64,000 bases of DNA, from contig CAWFKH010000001.1 in NCBI GenBank assembly GCA_963816355.1, positions 10,981 through 74,980 on the forward strand. Reading direction: 5' to 3'. Origin of the DNA: an uncultured Gemmatimonadales bacterium (GTDB taxonomy: Bacteria > Gemmatimonadota > Gemmatimonadetes > Longimicrobiales > RSA9). The notes below the pieces were generated by a model. The model saw only the letters and a program-made list of their open reading frames with translations, searched no databases and had not been told where the DNA came from. The first letter of the stretch is position 1. Every line of letters begins with the position of its first letter. Shown one piece after another: positions 18,265 to 27,812 of the stretch. A program made the position numbers and the translations under genes.

Positions 18265-20118
18265 ATGCGACGCCATCTCGTCCTGCTGTTCGCCCTCGGC
18301 ATCGCCGCATGCCAGGACATGACCCAGCCGCCGGGAACCGCCACCGGGCCCGCCGCGGACGTCGCGCCGCCGGCGGCGGTGCAGAGCGGCCGCGACCGCG
18401 TCGTCGCCGGCGAAGTGATCGTGAAGCTGCGCGACGGCGCGAACGCCGCCGACGTGGCGCGCGCGCACGGCCTCGCCCTCGGACGCAGCGGCTACCGCGA
18501 CGCCTTCACCGTCCTGCGCGGCGCGGCCGGCGCCGAGCGCGCGAATGCTTCGGCGCTCGCGCGGGACGCGCGCGTCGTTTACGCCGAGCCGAACTACCTG
18601 CGCCAGACGAGCACGTTCGACACCCGCCTGTGGGCGTACTTCAACCCGGGCGGCCTGACGATCAAGTTCACGCGCGGGCGCAACAGCGGCCAGGTGGTGA
18701 CGTCCGACCTCTCGAAGGCGGACGCGGACGAGGACAACATCGAGGGCTACGCGAGCGGCGGCTCCCCGGTCGTCATCGGCAGCATCGACACGGGCGTGCA
18801 GTTTGACCACACCGAGTTCTCCGGCGTAAACCTGATCGCCGGCCGCGACTGGTACTCCGGCGACGACGACCCGTCCGACGAGGACGGCCACGGCACCCAC
18901 ACGACCGGCACCATGGCCGGCCGCACCGTGGGCGTCGCCGGCGTCTCCGGCGCGGGCCCGAACGTCAGCGTCTACGTGCAGCGCGTGTGCGGGCCGCAGG
19001 GCTGCCCGACCAGCGCGATCGTGAACGCGATCAACGCCGCGGCGGACTTCCTCTCCAGCGGCAGCCACATCGTCGCCGTCAACATGAGCCTCGGCGGCGC
19101 CAGCGAGTCGCAGGCGGAGCACGACGCGATCCAGCACGCGACAGACAACGGCGTGCTCGTCATCGCCTCCGCCGGCAACGGCGGCACCGGCACGGTCTCC
19201 TGCCCCGCGTGCGACGCGAACGCGATCTCGGTCGCGGCGACGAACTGGCGCGACACGCTCACCTACTATTCGAACTGGGGCGGCGGCCTCGACATCTCCG
19301 CGCCGGGCGGCGAGATGTTCTCCAACACGACCGAGGAGAGCGGCATCTACAGCTCCTACCTCGGCGGTGGCTACGCCTACCTGCAGGGCACCTCGATGGC
19401 GGCGCCGCAGGTCACCGGCGCGGCCGGCGTCGTCGCCTCCGTGACCGGGCTGCGCGGATCGGCGCTCCGCACCCGCATCCTCGGCTCGGCCGACGACCTC
19501 CACGACGCCAATCACTTCGGCGCGGGCCGCCTCAACACGTACCGCGCGGTGACCAACACGACGCTGTCGGCGGCGGCCGACCAGGTGAACGGCGGCGGCA
19601 CGACCAACGCTCCGCCCACCGCCGCCTTCACGTCGAGCTGCAGCGGCCTCACGTGCAGCTTCACCGACGGCAGCAGCGACAGCGACGGCTCGATCTCCGC
19701 GCGGAGCTGGAGCTTCGGCGATGGCGTCGGCTCGGCGGCGACGAACCCGTCGCACACGTACGCCTCCGGCGGCACGTACACCGTCACGCTCACGGTCACC
19801 GACAACGGCGGCGCAACGGGCTCCATCAGCCACGATGTCGCCGTGAGCGCCGGCTCCGGCGGCGGCGACGTCATCGTGCTCGGCGTGACGCAGTCGAACA
19901 AGGGGCCGAACGTCTTCGCCGAGCTGGCCTGGACGGGCGCGAGCGCCGCGAACGTGGACATCTACCGCGGCCTGAACAGCGCCACGCCGTCGCTGCTCAC
20001 CACCACGTCCAACACCGGCTCCTTCTCGGACAAGCTCGGCAGGAGCTTCACCGGCACGGTCCAGTACAAGGTGTGCGACGCCGGCACCGCCGTCTGCTCG
20101 AGCCTGGCCGGCTTCTGA
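18265..20118 (+). CDS. Secreted subtilisin-like serine protease (S8) with C-terminal PKD domain
   Basis: Same frame as track ORF 18106..20118. ATG at 18265 follows ACGGAG and gives the lipoprotein-like signal MRRHLVLLFALGIAAC. Triad motifs IDTGV, HGTHTTGT, GTSMAAPQVTG. PKD block FTSSCSGLTCSFTDGSSDSDGSI...TYTVTLTVTDNGG. Confidence 0.9.
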   Translation: MRRHLVLLFALGIAACQDMTQPPGTATGPAADVAPPAAVQSGRDRVVAGEVIVKLRDGANAADVARAHGLALGRSGYRDAFTVLRGAAGAERANASALARDARVVYAEPNYLRQTSTFDTRLWAYFNPGGLTIKFTRGRNSGQVVTSDLSKADADEDNIEGYASGGSPVVIGSIDTGVQFDHTEFSGVNLIAGRDWYSGDDDPSDEDGHGTHTTGTMAGRTVGVAGVSGAGPNVSVYVQRVCGPQGCPTSAIVNAINAAADFLSSGSHIVAVNMSLGGASESQAEHDAIQHATDNGVLVIASAGNGGTGTVSCPACDANAISVAATNWRDTLTYYSNWGGGLDISAPGGEMFSNTTEESGIYSSYLGGGYAYLQGTSMAAPQVTGAAGVVASVTGLRGSALRTRILGSADDLHDANHFGAGRLNTYRAVTNTTLSAAADQVNGGGTTNAPPTAAFTSSCSGLTCSFTDGSSDSDGSISARSWSFGDGVGSAATNPSHTYASGGTYTVTLTVTDNGGATGSISHDVAVSAGSGGGDVIVLGVTQSNKGPNVFAELAWTGASAANVDIYRGLNSATPSLLTTTSNTGSFSDKLGRSFTGTVQYKVCDAGTAVCSSLAGF

Positions 20119-20194
20119 GCTGAGGGCGCAGGCGCGCGGGGGCGGGCGGCGGCGCTCGCGCGCGCCGCTCTTCGCGACGCGTCCGCCCGCCGGA

Positions 20195-20228
20195 GCGGGC
20201 CGGGCCCCCAGGGCCCGGCCCGCTTTTC
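20195..20228 (+). terminator. Rho-independent terminator after the S8 protease gene
   Basis: GCGGGCCGGGCCC-CCA-GGGCCCGGCCCGC followed by TTTTC. Confidence 0.6.
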
Positions 20229-20246
20229 GCATCACGCGGTCCGGCC

Positions 20247-22415
20247 ATGTCCGCGCACGAGGAGGCCCCGCTCACCGACGCTACGACGGCGGACCGTCGC
20301 ATCGCGGAGATCCTGGGCCGCATCGACGTGGCGTTCGTCGCGGTCGACAAGGCGTGGACCGTGACCGACGCGAACGCGGCCGCCGCCCGCATGATCTGTG
20401 CGGCGCCGGACGTCCCGGCGGCCCGCCTGGTCGGCGACAACCTGTGGCGGCTGTGGGTGGGCGCGGTCGGCAGCGACCTCGAGCGTGAGTGCCGCGACGC
20501 CATGGCGCGCTCCGTTCCGGTGCGCGTCACGCAGGAGCTGCCGTCCCTGCGCGCGTGGGTCGAGTGCCGCGTCTACCCCGCCGCCGACGGACTCGCGATC
20601 TTCGCGCTCGACGTCACCGAGCGGAAGCGCCGCGAGGCGGAAGACGACTTCCTCGCGGCGACCGCCGACGCGATCGCCGCCGGCGTCGACGACGACGACA
20701 CGCTGCGCCGGCTCGCCTCGCTCACGATCCCGTTCCTCGGCGACGCGTGCGTCGTGGACGTCGTCGGCGGCGACGGCAAGATGCGTCGCATCGCCGCAGC
20801 CGATGCACGCGGCGGGCGGCACGACTTCGCTGCCCGCCTCGGCGGTTCCGTCGACGGCGTCGAAGAGAGCGGCGTCCTCGCGCGCGTGTTCCGCACCGCG
20901 GTGCCGCAGATGAGCGGCCCCTCCACGCCGGATCCGGTCGACCTCCTCGCCACGCGGGAAGACGCGCGCGCCCTGCTGCGGGCCGCGGGGGTGAGCGCGT
21001 TCGTGTGCGTTCCGATCCAAGCTCCGCCTTCGACCTTCGGCACGGTGCTGCTGCTCCGCATCGGGGCCGGCCGGGGTCCCTGCGAGCGCGACCTCGAGTT
21101 GGCGCGCGAGGTCGGCCGCCGCGCCGGCATCGCGGTGCAGCACGCCCGGCTGCACCGGGCCGAGCGCGACGCGCGCGCGCGCGCCGAAGCGGAGGTCGAG
21201 CGCAGCAAGCGCCTGCAGGCGCTCACCGCCGCGCTCTCCGGCGCCCTCGACGCCGCCGCGATCGCACGCGTCGCTCTCTCCGAGATGATGCCCGCGGCCG
21301 GCGCGGCCGCCGGCGAGATCGTGCTCCTCGACGAGCGCGGCGCGGCCCTCGTGACGCTCGCGTCGCGCGGCTTCGGCGAGGACGTGGTGCGGCGCTACGA
21401 GCGCTACCCGCTCGACGGCTCGACCCCCGCGACCGTCGTCGTGCGCACCGGCCGCCCCCTGTTCCTGCCCTCCGCCGCCGAGCTCCAGAGCCGATTCCCC
21501 GCGAGCGCGCAACTCGAGCGCGACGCCGGATACGCGGCCAGCGCGACGCTCCCGCTAGCGGTCGAGGACCGCGCGTTCGGCGCGCTCACGTTGCACTGGA
21601 CCGAGGACCGCGAATTCGACGCCGCCGATCGCGATCTGCTGCTCTCCGCGACCCGCCAGTGCGCGCAGGCGTTCGAGCGCGTCCGACTCTACGAGGCCGA
21701 GCGCGTCGCGCGCGCGGAGGCGGAAGCCGCCAACCGCGCCAAGTCCGAGTTCCTCGCCGTCATGAGCCACGAGCTGCGCACGCCGCTGAACGCGATCGTC
21801 GGCTTCACGGAACTGCTGCAGCTCGGCGTCCGCGGCCCGCTGCGCCCCGAGCAGCAGCAGGACCTGGCCCGCGTGCGCACCGCCGCCGCGCACCTCCTCG
21901 GCATCATCAACTCCGTGCTGAACCAGGCGAAGATCGAGGCGGGCCAGCTCGACTACCACCTCTCCACGTTCCCTCTCGACCCCGTGCTCCGCGAGACCTA
22001 CGAGCTGGTCGAGCCGCTCCTCGCCGCCCGGGGCCTCGGCTTCCGCTCGACCGGCCCCGACGACGAGGTGCACGTCCACGCCGACCGCGAGAAGCTCAAG
22101 CAGGTGCTGCTCAACCTCCTCGGCAACGCCGTGAAGTACACCGAGGAGGGCGGGATCGTCGTGACGATCGACACGACCGCGGACGCGGTCCACCTCCGCA
22201 TCCGCGACTCCGGCATCGGCATCTCCGCCTCCAAGCTCGAGCACATCTTCGACGCCTTCGTCCAGGTCGAGCCGTCGATCACCCGCACCCACGAGGGCAT
22301 CGGCCTCGGCCTCACCATCAGCCGCGCCCTCGCGCGCGGCATGGGCGGCGACATCCACGCCGAGAGCACCCTCGGCCGTGGCTCCACCTTCACGCTCCGC
22401 CTCCGCCGCGCCTGA
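20247..22415 (+). CDS. Cytoplasmic PAS - GAF - GAF histidine kinase
   Basis: Track ORF of 722 aa. N-terminal PAS-like and two GAF-like regions, H-box MSHELRTPLNAI, and ATPase boxes NLLGNAVKYT, DSGIGI, GIGLGLTISR. Confidence 0.85.
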   Translation: MSAHEEAPLTDATTADRRIAEILGRIDVAFVAVDKAWTVTDANAAAARMICAAPDVPAARLVGDNLWRLWVGAVGSDLERECRDAMARSVPVRVTQELPSLRAWVECRVYPAADGLAIFALDVTERKRREAEDDFLAATADAIAAGVDDDDTLRRLASLTIPFLGDACVVDVVGGDGKMRRIAAADARGGRHDFAARLGGSVDGVEESGVLARVFRTAVPQMSGPSTPDPVDLLATREDARALLRAAGVSAFVCVPIQAPPSTFGTVLLLRIGAGRGPCERDLELAREVGRRAGIAVQHARLHRAERDARARAEAEVERSKRLQALTAALSGALDAAAIARVALSEMMPAAGAAAGEIVLLDERGAALVTLASRGFGEDVVRRYERYPLDGSTPATVVVRTGRPLFLPSAAELQSRFPASAQLERDAGYAASATLPLAVEDRAFGALTLHWTEDREFDAADRDLLLSATRQCAQAFERVRLYEAERVARAEAEAANRAKSEFLAVMSHELRTPLNAIVGFTELLQLGVRGPLRPEQQQDLARVRTAAAHLLGIINSVLNQAKIEAGQLDYHLSTFPLDPVLRETYELVEPLLAARGLGFRSTGPDDEVHVHADREKLKQVLLNLLGNAVKYTEEGGIVVTIDTTADAVHLRIRDSGIGISASKLEHIFDAFVQVEPSITRTHEGIGLGLTISRALARGMGGDIHAESTLGRGSTFTLRLRRA

Positions 22416-22517
22416 AGCCCCGCGCTGGCATGGCGGTTGCCCCGCAAGGTGCGACCGGAGCCGCGTTCCGGGGCGTCGCCCCGCCGGCTCTCCTGACGAC
22501 GCGCAACGGAGGTCGCC

Positions 22518-23516
22518 ATGGCCATCAGCCCCATATCCCGACGGCCCGATCACACGCTCCCGGCCGGCACCCCGGACGTCCGTAGCTGGGAGGTCCGATC
22601 CGCGGTCGACGACGAGAGAGTCGGTACGGTCGACGACATCCTCGTCGACGACGAACGCGACGACGCCCGCTTCCTCGACGTCGACCTCGGGCCGCTTCAC
22701 GGCCATCGCCTGCTGCCGGCACGCCGCACGCGCCCGGACGGCGAGCGCCGCATCCTCTGGGTCGACGGCCTCGCGCGCGACGACCTCGAGAACGCGCCCA
22801 AATACGCGCTCGACGGCGACGTCGTCCCCGCCGACCACGTCCGCCGCGCCGAGGCCGCCTACGACGCCGCGAGCGAGCGCCGCGCCGCGGAAAGCCGCGA
22901 AGCCGCGCGCACGCCCGCCGGCCGCCCCGCCGCCACCGGCGTCCCCGGCGACTCCCCCGCGCGCCTCGCCCGGCTCGACGACCTCGACGAGTACCGCGTC
23001 GCCGGCGGCGACGCCGACCCGCGCGGCTGGAAGCTCGTCACCATCGAGGCGAAGCCGGTCGGCAAGGTGGCGGAGCTGCTCGTCGACATCGAGGAGCGCA
23101 GGGTCCGCTACCTCGACTGCGACCTCGACGAGAAGACGCTCCGGCTCGAACCGCTCGACCGCCACGTGCTCATCCCCGTCGAGCGCGTCCGCCTCGACCC
23201 GCGCCACCACCGCGTCGTCGTCGACGGACTCCTCGAGCGCGACCTCCGCGACTACCCCGTCTACGGCGGCCTGCCGCTGCGCGGCGAGGACGCGGCTCGC
23301 ATCCGCGCGGCGTTCGAGGACGACGGCGCTGGCGACGCGATCCGGCGCAGGGAGGAAGTGCAGGCGGCGCCGCGCCGCGAGGAGACCGCCGTCGAGGAGC
23401 CGGCGAGTGATGAGCGCCGCCGCGTCGAGGCGGTCCAGCTGCGCGGCGAAGGCGAGGAGGTCCGCATCCATCTGAGCGGCGACGACATCGTGATCGAGAA
23501 GCGGCCGCGCACCTGA
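22518..23516 (+). CDS. Stress-type protein with two PRC-barrel domains and a YsnF/DUF2382-like C-terminus
   Basis: Track ORF of 332 aa. PRC-barrel-like segments VRSWEVRSAVDDERVGTVDDILVDDERDDARFLDVDLG and PRGWKLVTIEAKPVGKVAELLVDIEERRVRYLDCDL. C-terminus EEVRIHLSGDDIVIEKRP. Confidence 0.65.
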   Translation: MAISPISRRPDHTLPAGTPDVRSWEVRSAVDDERVGTVDDILVDDERDDARFLDVDLGPLHGHRLLPARRTRPDGERRILWVDGLARDDLENAPKYALDGDVVPADHVRRAEAAYDAASERRAAESREAARTPAGRPAATGVPGDSPARLARLDDLDEYRVAGGDADPRGWKLVTIEAKPVGKVAELLVDIEERRVRYLDCDLDEKTLRLEPLDRHVLIPVERVRLDPRHHRVVVDGLLERDLRDYPVYGGLPLRGEDAARIRAAFEDDGAGDAIRRREEVQAAPRREETAVEEPASDERRRVEAVQLRGEGEEVRIHLSGDDIVIEKRPRT

Positions 23517-23608
23517 GGCCGCCACCCGCCGCCGCCCCCGCGGGCGAACGCCGGCCGGCCTCGGGGCGGGTGCGGCGGCGACCATCGAGGAGAGGAGGGA
23601 TCGAAGAT

Positions 23609-23872
23609 ATGGCAGAGATCGGCATCGAGCGCCGCCCCCGGCGCAAGCTGTGGCCGTGGCTGCTCGCGCTCGTCCTCATCGTCGTCGCCGTCGTCGCGTT
23701 CTGGGCGTGGTACTCCGGTGGCCTCGGCACGAAGCCGGCCCCCGCCGACGACGTCACCGCGCCGGCGGGCGCGCGGCACCCGGGCGCGGAAGGAGCGCCC
23801 GGCGGGGCCGGCGTGCCGGCCAGGCCCGGCGTAGCGGGACGTTGCCCGCGCGGCGAGCAGGCGCCACCTTGA
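23609..23872 (+). CDS. Small single-pass membrane protein (hypothetical)
   Basis: Same frame as track ORF 23570..23872. ATG at 23609 follows GGAGAGGAGGGA. TM helix WPWLLALVLIVVAVVAFWAW, with a low-complexity tail. Confidence 0.4.
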   Translation: MAEIGIERRPRRKLWPWLLALVLIVVAVVAFWAWYSGGLGTKPAPADDVTAPAGARHPGAEGAPGGAGVPARPGVAGRCPRGEQAPP

Positions 23873-23927
23873 GCGCGACATCCGCGCGCTGCGGCGCGCC
23901 CCTTCCCGCACCGACACGACACGCCCC

Positions 23928-24509
23928 TTGAGCGACGAACGCGTGCCGCTGCCGCGCCTCGCGGCCGGGATCGACCGCCTCAACGAGTTCGTCGGCACCA
24001 TGATCCAGTGGCTGGCACTGGTGATGGTGGGGGTCGGCGCCTACAACGCGCTCGCCCGTTACGCGAGCCGCTGGGCCGGCATGCCGCTCACGTCGAACGC
24101 GCTCTTCGACGTGCAGTGGTACCTCTTCAGCCTGATCTTCCTGCTCGGCGCCGCCTACGGCCTGAAGCACGACGTCCACGTGCGCGTCGACGTGCTCTAC
24201 GCGCGGCTCGGCCCGCGGGCGCAGGCGTGGGTCGACCTCCTCGGCACGCTGCTCTTCCTCCTGCCGTTCTGCGCCCTGATGCTGTGGACGTCGTGGCCGG
24301 CCGTGCGCAACTCATGGGCGATACGCGAGACCTCGCCCGACCCCGGCGGCCTCGCCCGCTACCCCATCAAGACCGTCCTTCTCGTCTCCTTCGTGCTCCT
24401 CCTGCTCCAGGGCCTCTCGCGGATCCTCCGGACGATCGGCGTGCTGCGCGGCGCCCCGCCGGAGGAGGCGGGCATCGACCGCGCGCACCACCACGGGGAG
24501 GGCGTCTGA
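23928..24509 (+). CDS. TRAP transporter small permease subunit (DctQ-type)
   Basis: Track ORF of 193 aa (TTG start, uncertain). Four TM helices. Family-typical YNALARY, WYLFSLIFLLGAAYGLKHDVHVRVD and SPDPGGLARYPIK. Confidence 0.85.
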   Translation: MSDERVPLPRLAAGIDRLNEFVGTMIQWLALVMVGVGAYNALARYASRWAGMPLTSNALFDVQWYLFSLIFLLGAAYGLKHDVHVRVDVLYARLGPRAQAWVDLLGTLLFLLPFCALMLWTSWPAVRNSWAIRETSPDPGGLARYPIKTVLLVSFVLLLLQGLSRILRTIGVLRGAPPEEAGIDRAHHHGEGV

Positions 24510-24532
24510 GCGGCCACGTCTGGGGCCCCCTC

Positions 24533-25810
24533 ATGTTCGTCGGGGCGCTCGCCCTCATCTTCACCGGCTACCCCGTCGCGTTCGCGCTCGCCGGCACCGC
24601 GATGCTCTTCGCGCTGCTCGGCTCGATCGCCGGCGTGTTCGACCCGGCGCTGCTCAGCGCGATGCCCGAGCGCGCCTTCGGCATCATGTCCAACTACACG
24701 CTCCTCGCCGTGCCCTTCTTCATCTTCATGGGCACCGTCCTGCAGAAGTCCCGCCTCGCCGAGCAGCTGCTCGAGACCATCGGCATCCTCTTCGGCCGCT
24801 TCCGCGGCGGCATCGCGCTCGGCGTCGTCTTCGTCGGCGCGCTGCTCGCGGCCGCCACCGGCGTCGTCGGCGCCTCCGTCACCGCGATGGGCCTCATCTC
24901 GCTGCCCGTGATGCTGCGCTACGGCTACCGCCGCGAAGCCGCCCTCGGCGTCGTCGCCGCGTCCGGCACCCTCGGCCAGATCATCCCGCCCAGCATCGTG
25001 CTGATCGTGCTCGGCGACCAGCTCGGCGTCTCCGTCGGCGACCTCTTCGCCCACGCGCTCCTGCCCGGCCTCGCGCTCACCGCCCTCTACACGATCTACA
25101 TCGTCGTGCTGGCGACGACGCGGCCGCACGCGCTGCCCGCCATGCCCGCCGCCGCGCGCGACGTCCACGGCATCGACCTGCTCCGCCGCGTCGCCTTCTC
25201 CCTCGTGCCGCCGCTCTTCCTCATCCTCGTCGTGCTCGGCAGCATCTTCGCCGGCCTCGCCACGCCCACCGAGGCGGGCGCGCTCGGCGCCATCGGCGCG
25301 ATGGCCCTCGCGGCGGCGAACCGGCGCCTCGACCGCGCCGCGCTCCGCGCCGCCATGCTCGAGACCTCCAGGCTGACCATCATGGTCGTCTTCCTGCTCA
25401 TCGGCTCGACCGCTTTCTCCCTCGTCTTCCGCGGCCTCTACGGCGACATCTGGATCGCCGACATGCTCACCGGCCTGCCGGGCGGCGCGCTCGGCTTCCT
25501 CATCGCCGTCAACCTCGTCATCTTCCTGCTCGGCTTCTTCATCGACTTCTTCGAGATCGCCTTCATCATCGTGCCGCTCATCGTCGCGCCCGCGGCCCAG
25601 CTCCACATCGACCTCGTCTGGCTCGGCATCGTCATCGCGCTCAACCTCCAGACCTCCTTCCTCACGCCGCCCTTCGGCTTCTCGCTCTTCTACCTGCGCG
25701 GCGTGACGCCGCCCGAGATCCCCACGACCTCGATCTACCGCGGCGCCGTGCCGTACATCGCGATCCAGGCGCTGCTGCTCGCGGTCGTGATCGCGCTCGC
25801 GCACCCTTGA
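24533..25810 (+). CDS. TRAP transporter large permease subunit (DctM-type)
   Basis: Same frame as track ORF 24008..25810, whose upstream part overlaps dctQ out of frame. ATG at 24533 gives MFVGALALIFTGYPVAFALAG; the protein is polytopic and ends ...YIAIQALLLAVVIALAHP. Confidence 0.9.
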   Translation: MFVGALALIFTGYPVAFALAGTAMLFALLGSIAGVFDPALLSAMPERAFGIMSNYTLLAVPFFIFMGTVLQKSRLAEQLLETIGILFGRFRGGIALGVVFVGALLAAATGVVGASVTAMGLISLPVMLRYGYRREAALGVVAASGTLGQIIPPSIVLIVLGDQLGVSVGDLFAHALLPGLALTALYTIYIVVLATTRPHALPAMPAAARDVHGIDLLRRVAFSLVPPLFLILVVLGSIFAGLATPTEAGALGAIGAMALAAANRRLDRAALRAAMLETSRLTIMVVFLLIGSTAFSLVFRGLYGDIWIADMLTGLPGGALGFLIAVNLVIFLLGFFIDFFEIAFIIVPLIVAPAAQLHIDLVWLGIVIALNLQTSFLTPPFGFSLFYLRGVTPPEIPTTSIYRGAVPYIAIQALLLAVVIALAHP

Positions 25811-25826
25811 GCGCTCGCCGGGCGGC

Positions 25827-26013
25827 GAGGGAAGCTCGGCCTGGCGGCGAGGGAAGCTCGGCCTGACGGCCGAGGGAAGCCCGCCTGGCGGCGGGGGAAG
25901 CTCGCCTGCGGCGAGGGGGGCGCCTGGCGGCGCGGAAGCTCGGCCTGACGGCCGAGGGAAGCCCGCCTGGCGGCGGGGGAAGCTCGCCTGCGGCGAGGGG
26001 GGCGCCGGACGGC
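25827..26013. repeat. Intergenic array of short GC hairpins (82-bp unit x2 plus a partial copy), GGGAAGC-type unit starts
   Basis: The string ggaagctcggcctgacggccgagggaagcccgcctggcggcgggggaagctcgcctgcggcgaggggggcgcc occurs at 25852 and again at 25934. Sub-hairpins are CTCGGCC-TGAC-GGCCGAG, CCCGCC-TGGC-GGCGGG and CTCGCC-TGC-GGCGAG. The array lies between convergent TRAP genes. Confidence 0.85.
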
Positions 26014-26019
26014 GTGGGG

Positions 26020-27186
26020 TCAGGGGGAGGGGCGGGGGAAGGCGAAGGAGGCATAGGAGAGTTCGGGGCGGGCGAAGTAGGCGAAGGCGGTGCGGCGGAA
26101 GGCGGACCACTGGTCGTGGATCTTGCGGAAGGACGGGTTCTGCGCGGCGAGGTCGCCGAGGACGCTGTCGGCGGCGCGGGCGGACGCTTCCATGACGTCG
26201 CGCGGGAACTCCCGCAGCTGGACGCCCTTCTCGCCGACGAGGCGCTGGAGCGCCTTCGGGTTCGCCTCGTCGTAGCGTGCGAGCATGTCCTGGTTGACCT
26301 CGCGCGTCGCGCTCTCGAGCACGTGCCGGTAGCCTTCGGGAAGCTGGTCCCAGGCGCGCTGGTTCACCTGCAGCGAGATCGTCGGACCGGGCTCCCACCA
26401 GCCCGGGTAGTAGTAGTACTTCGCGATCTCGTCGAAGCCGAGCTTCTCGTCGTCGTACGGGCCGACCCACTCCGTCGCGTCGATCGCGCCGCGCTCGAGC
26501 GCGGGGTAGATGTCACCGCCGGCGAGCACCTGCACCGTCACGCCCAGGCGGCTCATCACCTCGCCGCCGAGCCCGGGAATCCGCATCCGCAGCCCCTTCA
26601 GATCGGCCAGCGAATCCACCGGACGGCGGAACCACCCGCCCATCTGGCAGCCGGTGTTGCCGCACGGAAAGCTGAGCATGCCGAAGTCGGCGAAGACGTC
26701 GCGCAGCAGTTCCATGCCGCCGCCATGATAGAGCCACGCGGCGCGCTGCCGTGCGTTGAACCCGAACGGCACCCCGGAATCGAACGCCAGCGCCGGGTTC
26801 TTCCCGATGTAGTAGTACGACGCCGTGTGCCCCGCCTGAACCGTCCCCTGCTGCACCGCGTCCATCACCTGCAGCCCCGGCACCAGCTCGCCGGCCGGAT
26901 AGACCCGCAGCGTGAAACGGCCGCCCGTGAGCTGCGCCACCCGCGCCGCCAGCGTCTCCGCGTTGCCGTACAGGATGTCGAGGCCGCGCGGAAAGCTCGA
27001 TGCGACGCGCCACGTCACGCTCGGGCCCGCCACCGCGCCCGTCGCTCGCGACGACGCGCCCGCGCCCGGCGATCCCTGGCCGCACGCCGCCGCGACGCCG
27101 CTGCCGGCGGCGGCGACGCCGGTGCCCGCCGCCGCCAGCGCCGCCTTCCCGAGGAAGCTGCGTCGTCCCATCGGTGGATTGCTCAT
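26020..27186 (-). CDS. TRAP transporter periplasmic solute-binding subunit with Tat signal
   Basis: Track ORF 26020..27237. The internal ATG at 27186 gives MSNPPMGRRSFLGKAALAAAGTGVAAAG (twin-arginine signal). Family-typical GNTGCQMGGWFR, LKGLRMRIPG, ALERGAIDATEWVGPYDD. Confidence 0.9.
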   Translation of the reverse strand: MSNPPMGRRSFLGKAALAAAGTGVAAAGSGVAAACGQGSPGAGASSRATGAVAGPSVTWRVASSFPRGLDILYGNAETLAARVAQLTGGRFTLRVYPAGELVPGLQVMDAVQQGTVQAGHTASYYYIGKNPALAFDSGVPFGFNARQRAAWLYHGGGMELLRDVFADFGMLSFPCGNTGCQMGGWFRRPVDSLADLKGLRMRIPGLGGEVMSRLGVTVQVLAGGDIYPALERGAIDATEWVGPYDDEKLGFDEIAKYYYYPGWWEPGPTISLQVNQRAWDQLPEGYRHVLESATREVNQDMLARYDEANPKALQRLVGEKGVQLREFPRDVMEASARAADSVLGDLAAQNPSFRKIHDQWSAFRRTAFAYFARPELSYASFAFPRPSP

Positions 27187-27240
27187 CGTCGTCCAGCTCC
27201 GTACCGTGTCTTTCGAGGGCCTCGAACCGGGTGCCACCGC

Positions 27241-27781
27241 TTGGTCAAGTCGATCCTGTTACTACGCGGCATCAACGTCGGGGGCAAGAACGTCCTGCCG
27301 ATGGCCGAGCTCACGCGGGTGCTCGAATAGCTCGGCGTCGAGGACGTGCGGACGTACATCCAGAGCGGCAACGCGGTCTTCCGCGGACCGGAAGCCGGCG
27401 TCGCCCGCGCTGTCGCGGCGGATCTCGGACGCGATCGAGCGGCGCCGCGGCTTCAGGCCGCACGCCCTGCTGTTGAGCGAGGAGGCGCTGGCGGACGCGA
27501 TCGCGTCGAACCCGTTTCCGGATGCGGAGGCCACGCCCCGGACACTCCACGTCTTCTTCCTCGACGCCCGGCCGGTGAACGCCGACGTCGAGTCCCTGGC
27601 CGAGCTCCGCGCGCCCTCCGAGCGCTTCCACCTCGCGGACCGCGCCCTCTACCTCCACGCGCCCGACGGAATCGGCCGCTCCAGACTCGCCGCGAACGTC
27701 GAGAAGCGCGTCGGTGTCCCCGCCACCGCTCGGAACTGGCGCACCGTCCAGAAGCTGTGGGAGATGGCGCAAGCCCCGTGA
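27241..27781 (+). pseudogene. DUF1697-family gene disrupted by an in-frame TAG and a +1 frameshift
   Basis: Frame 1 reads (L)VKSILLLRGINVGGKNVLPMAELTRVLE-TAG(27328-27330)-LGVEDVRTYIQSGNAVFRGPEAG. The remainder, ISDAIERRRGFRPHALLLSEEAL...TLHVFFLD...ALYLHAPDGIGRSRL...ATARNWRTVQKL, is in the +1 frame. The switch lies between about 27385 and 27420. Confidence 0.7.
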
Positions 27782-27812
27782 GACCGCCGGCTCTCCCCGC
27801 CGGCCATCCCCC

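Noticed and set aside
25827-26013. Possible CRISPR arrays here, at 47625-47852 and at 61691-61830.
   Set aside because: The repeat units are contiguous or nested, with no unique spacers of 25-40 bp between them. The units are too short (about 17-22 bp) or are composite hairpins. No cas genes are in the window.
27328-27330. In-frame TAG in the DUF1697 gene as a recoded (pyrrolysine-type) codon.
   Set aside because: The same gene also has a frameshift about 70 nt downstream. I do not associate DUF1697 with Pyl, and no pyl genes are nearby. Pseudogene or sequence error is the simpler reading.
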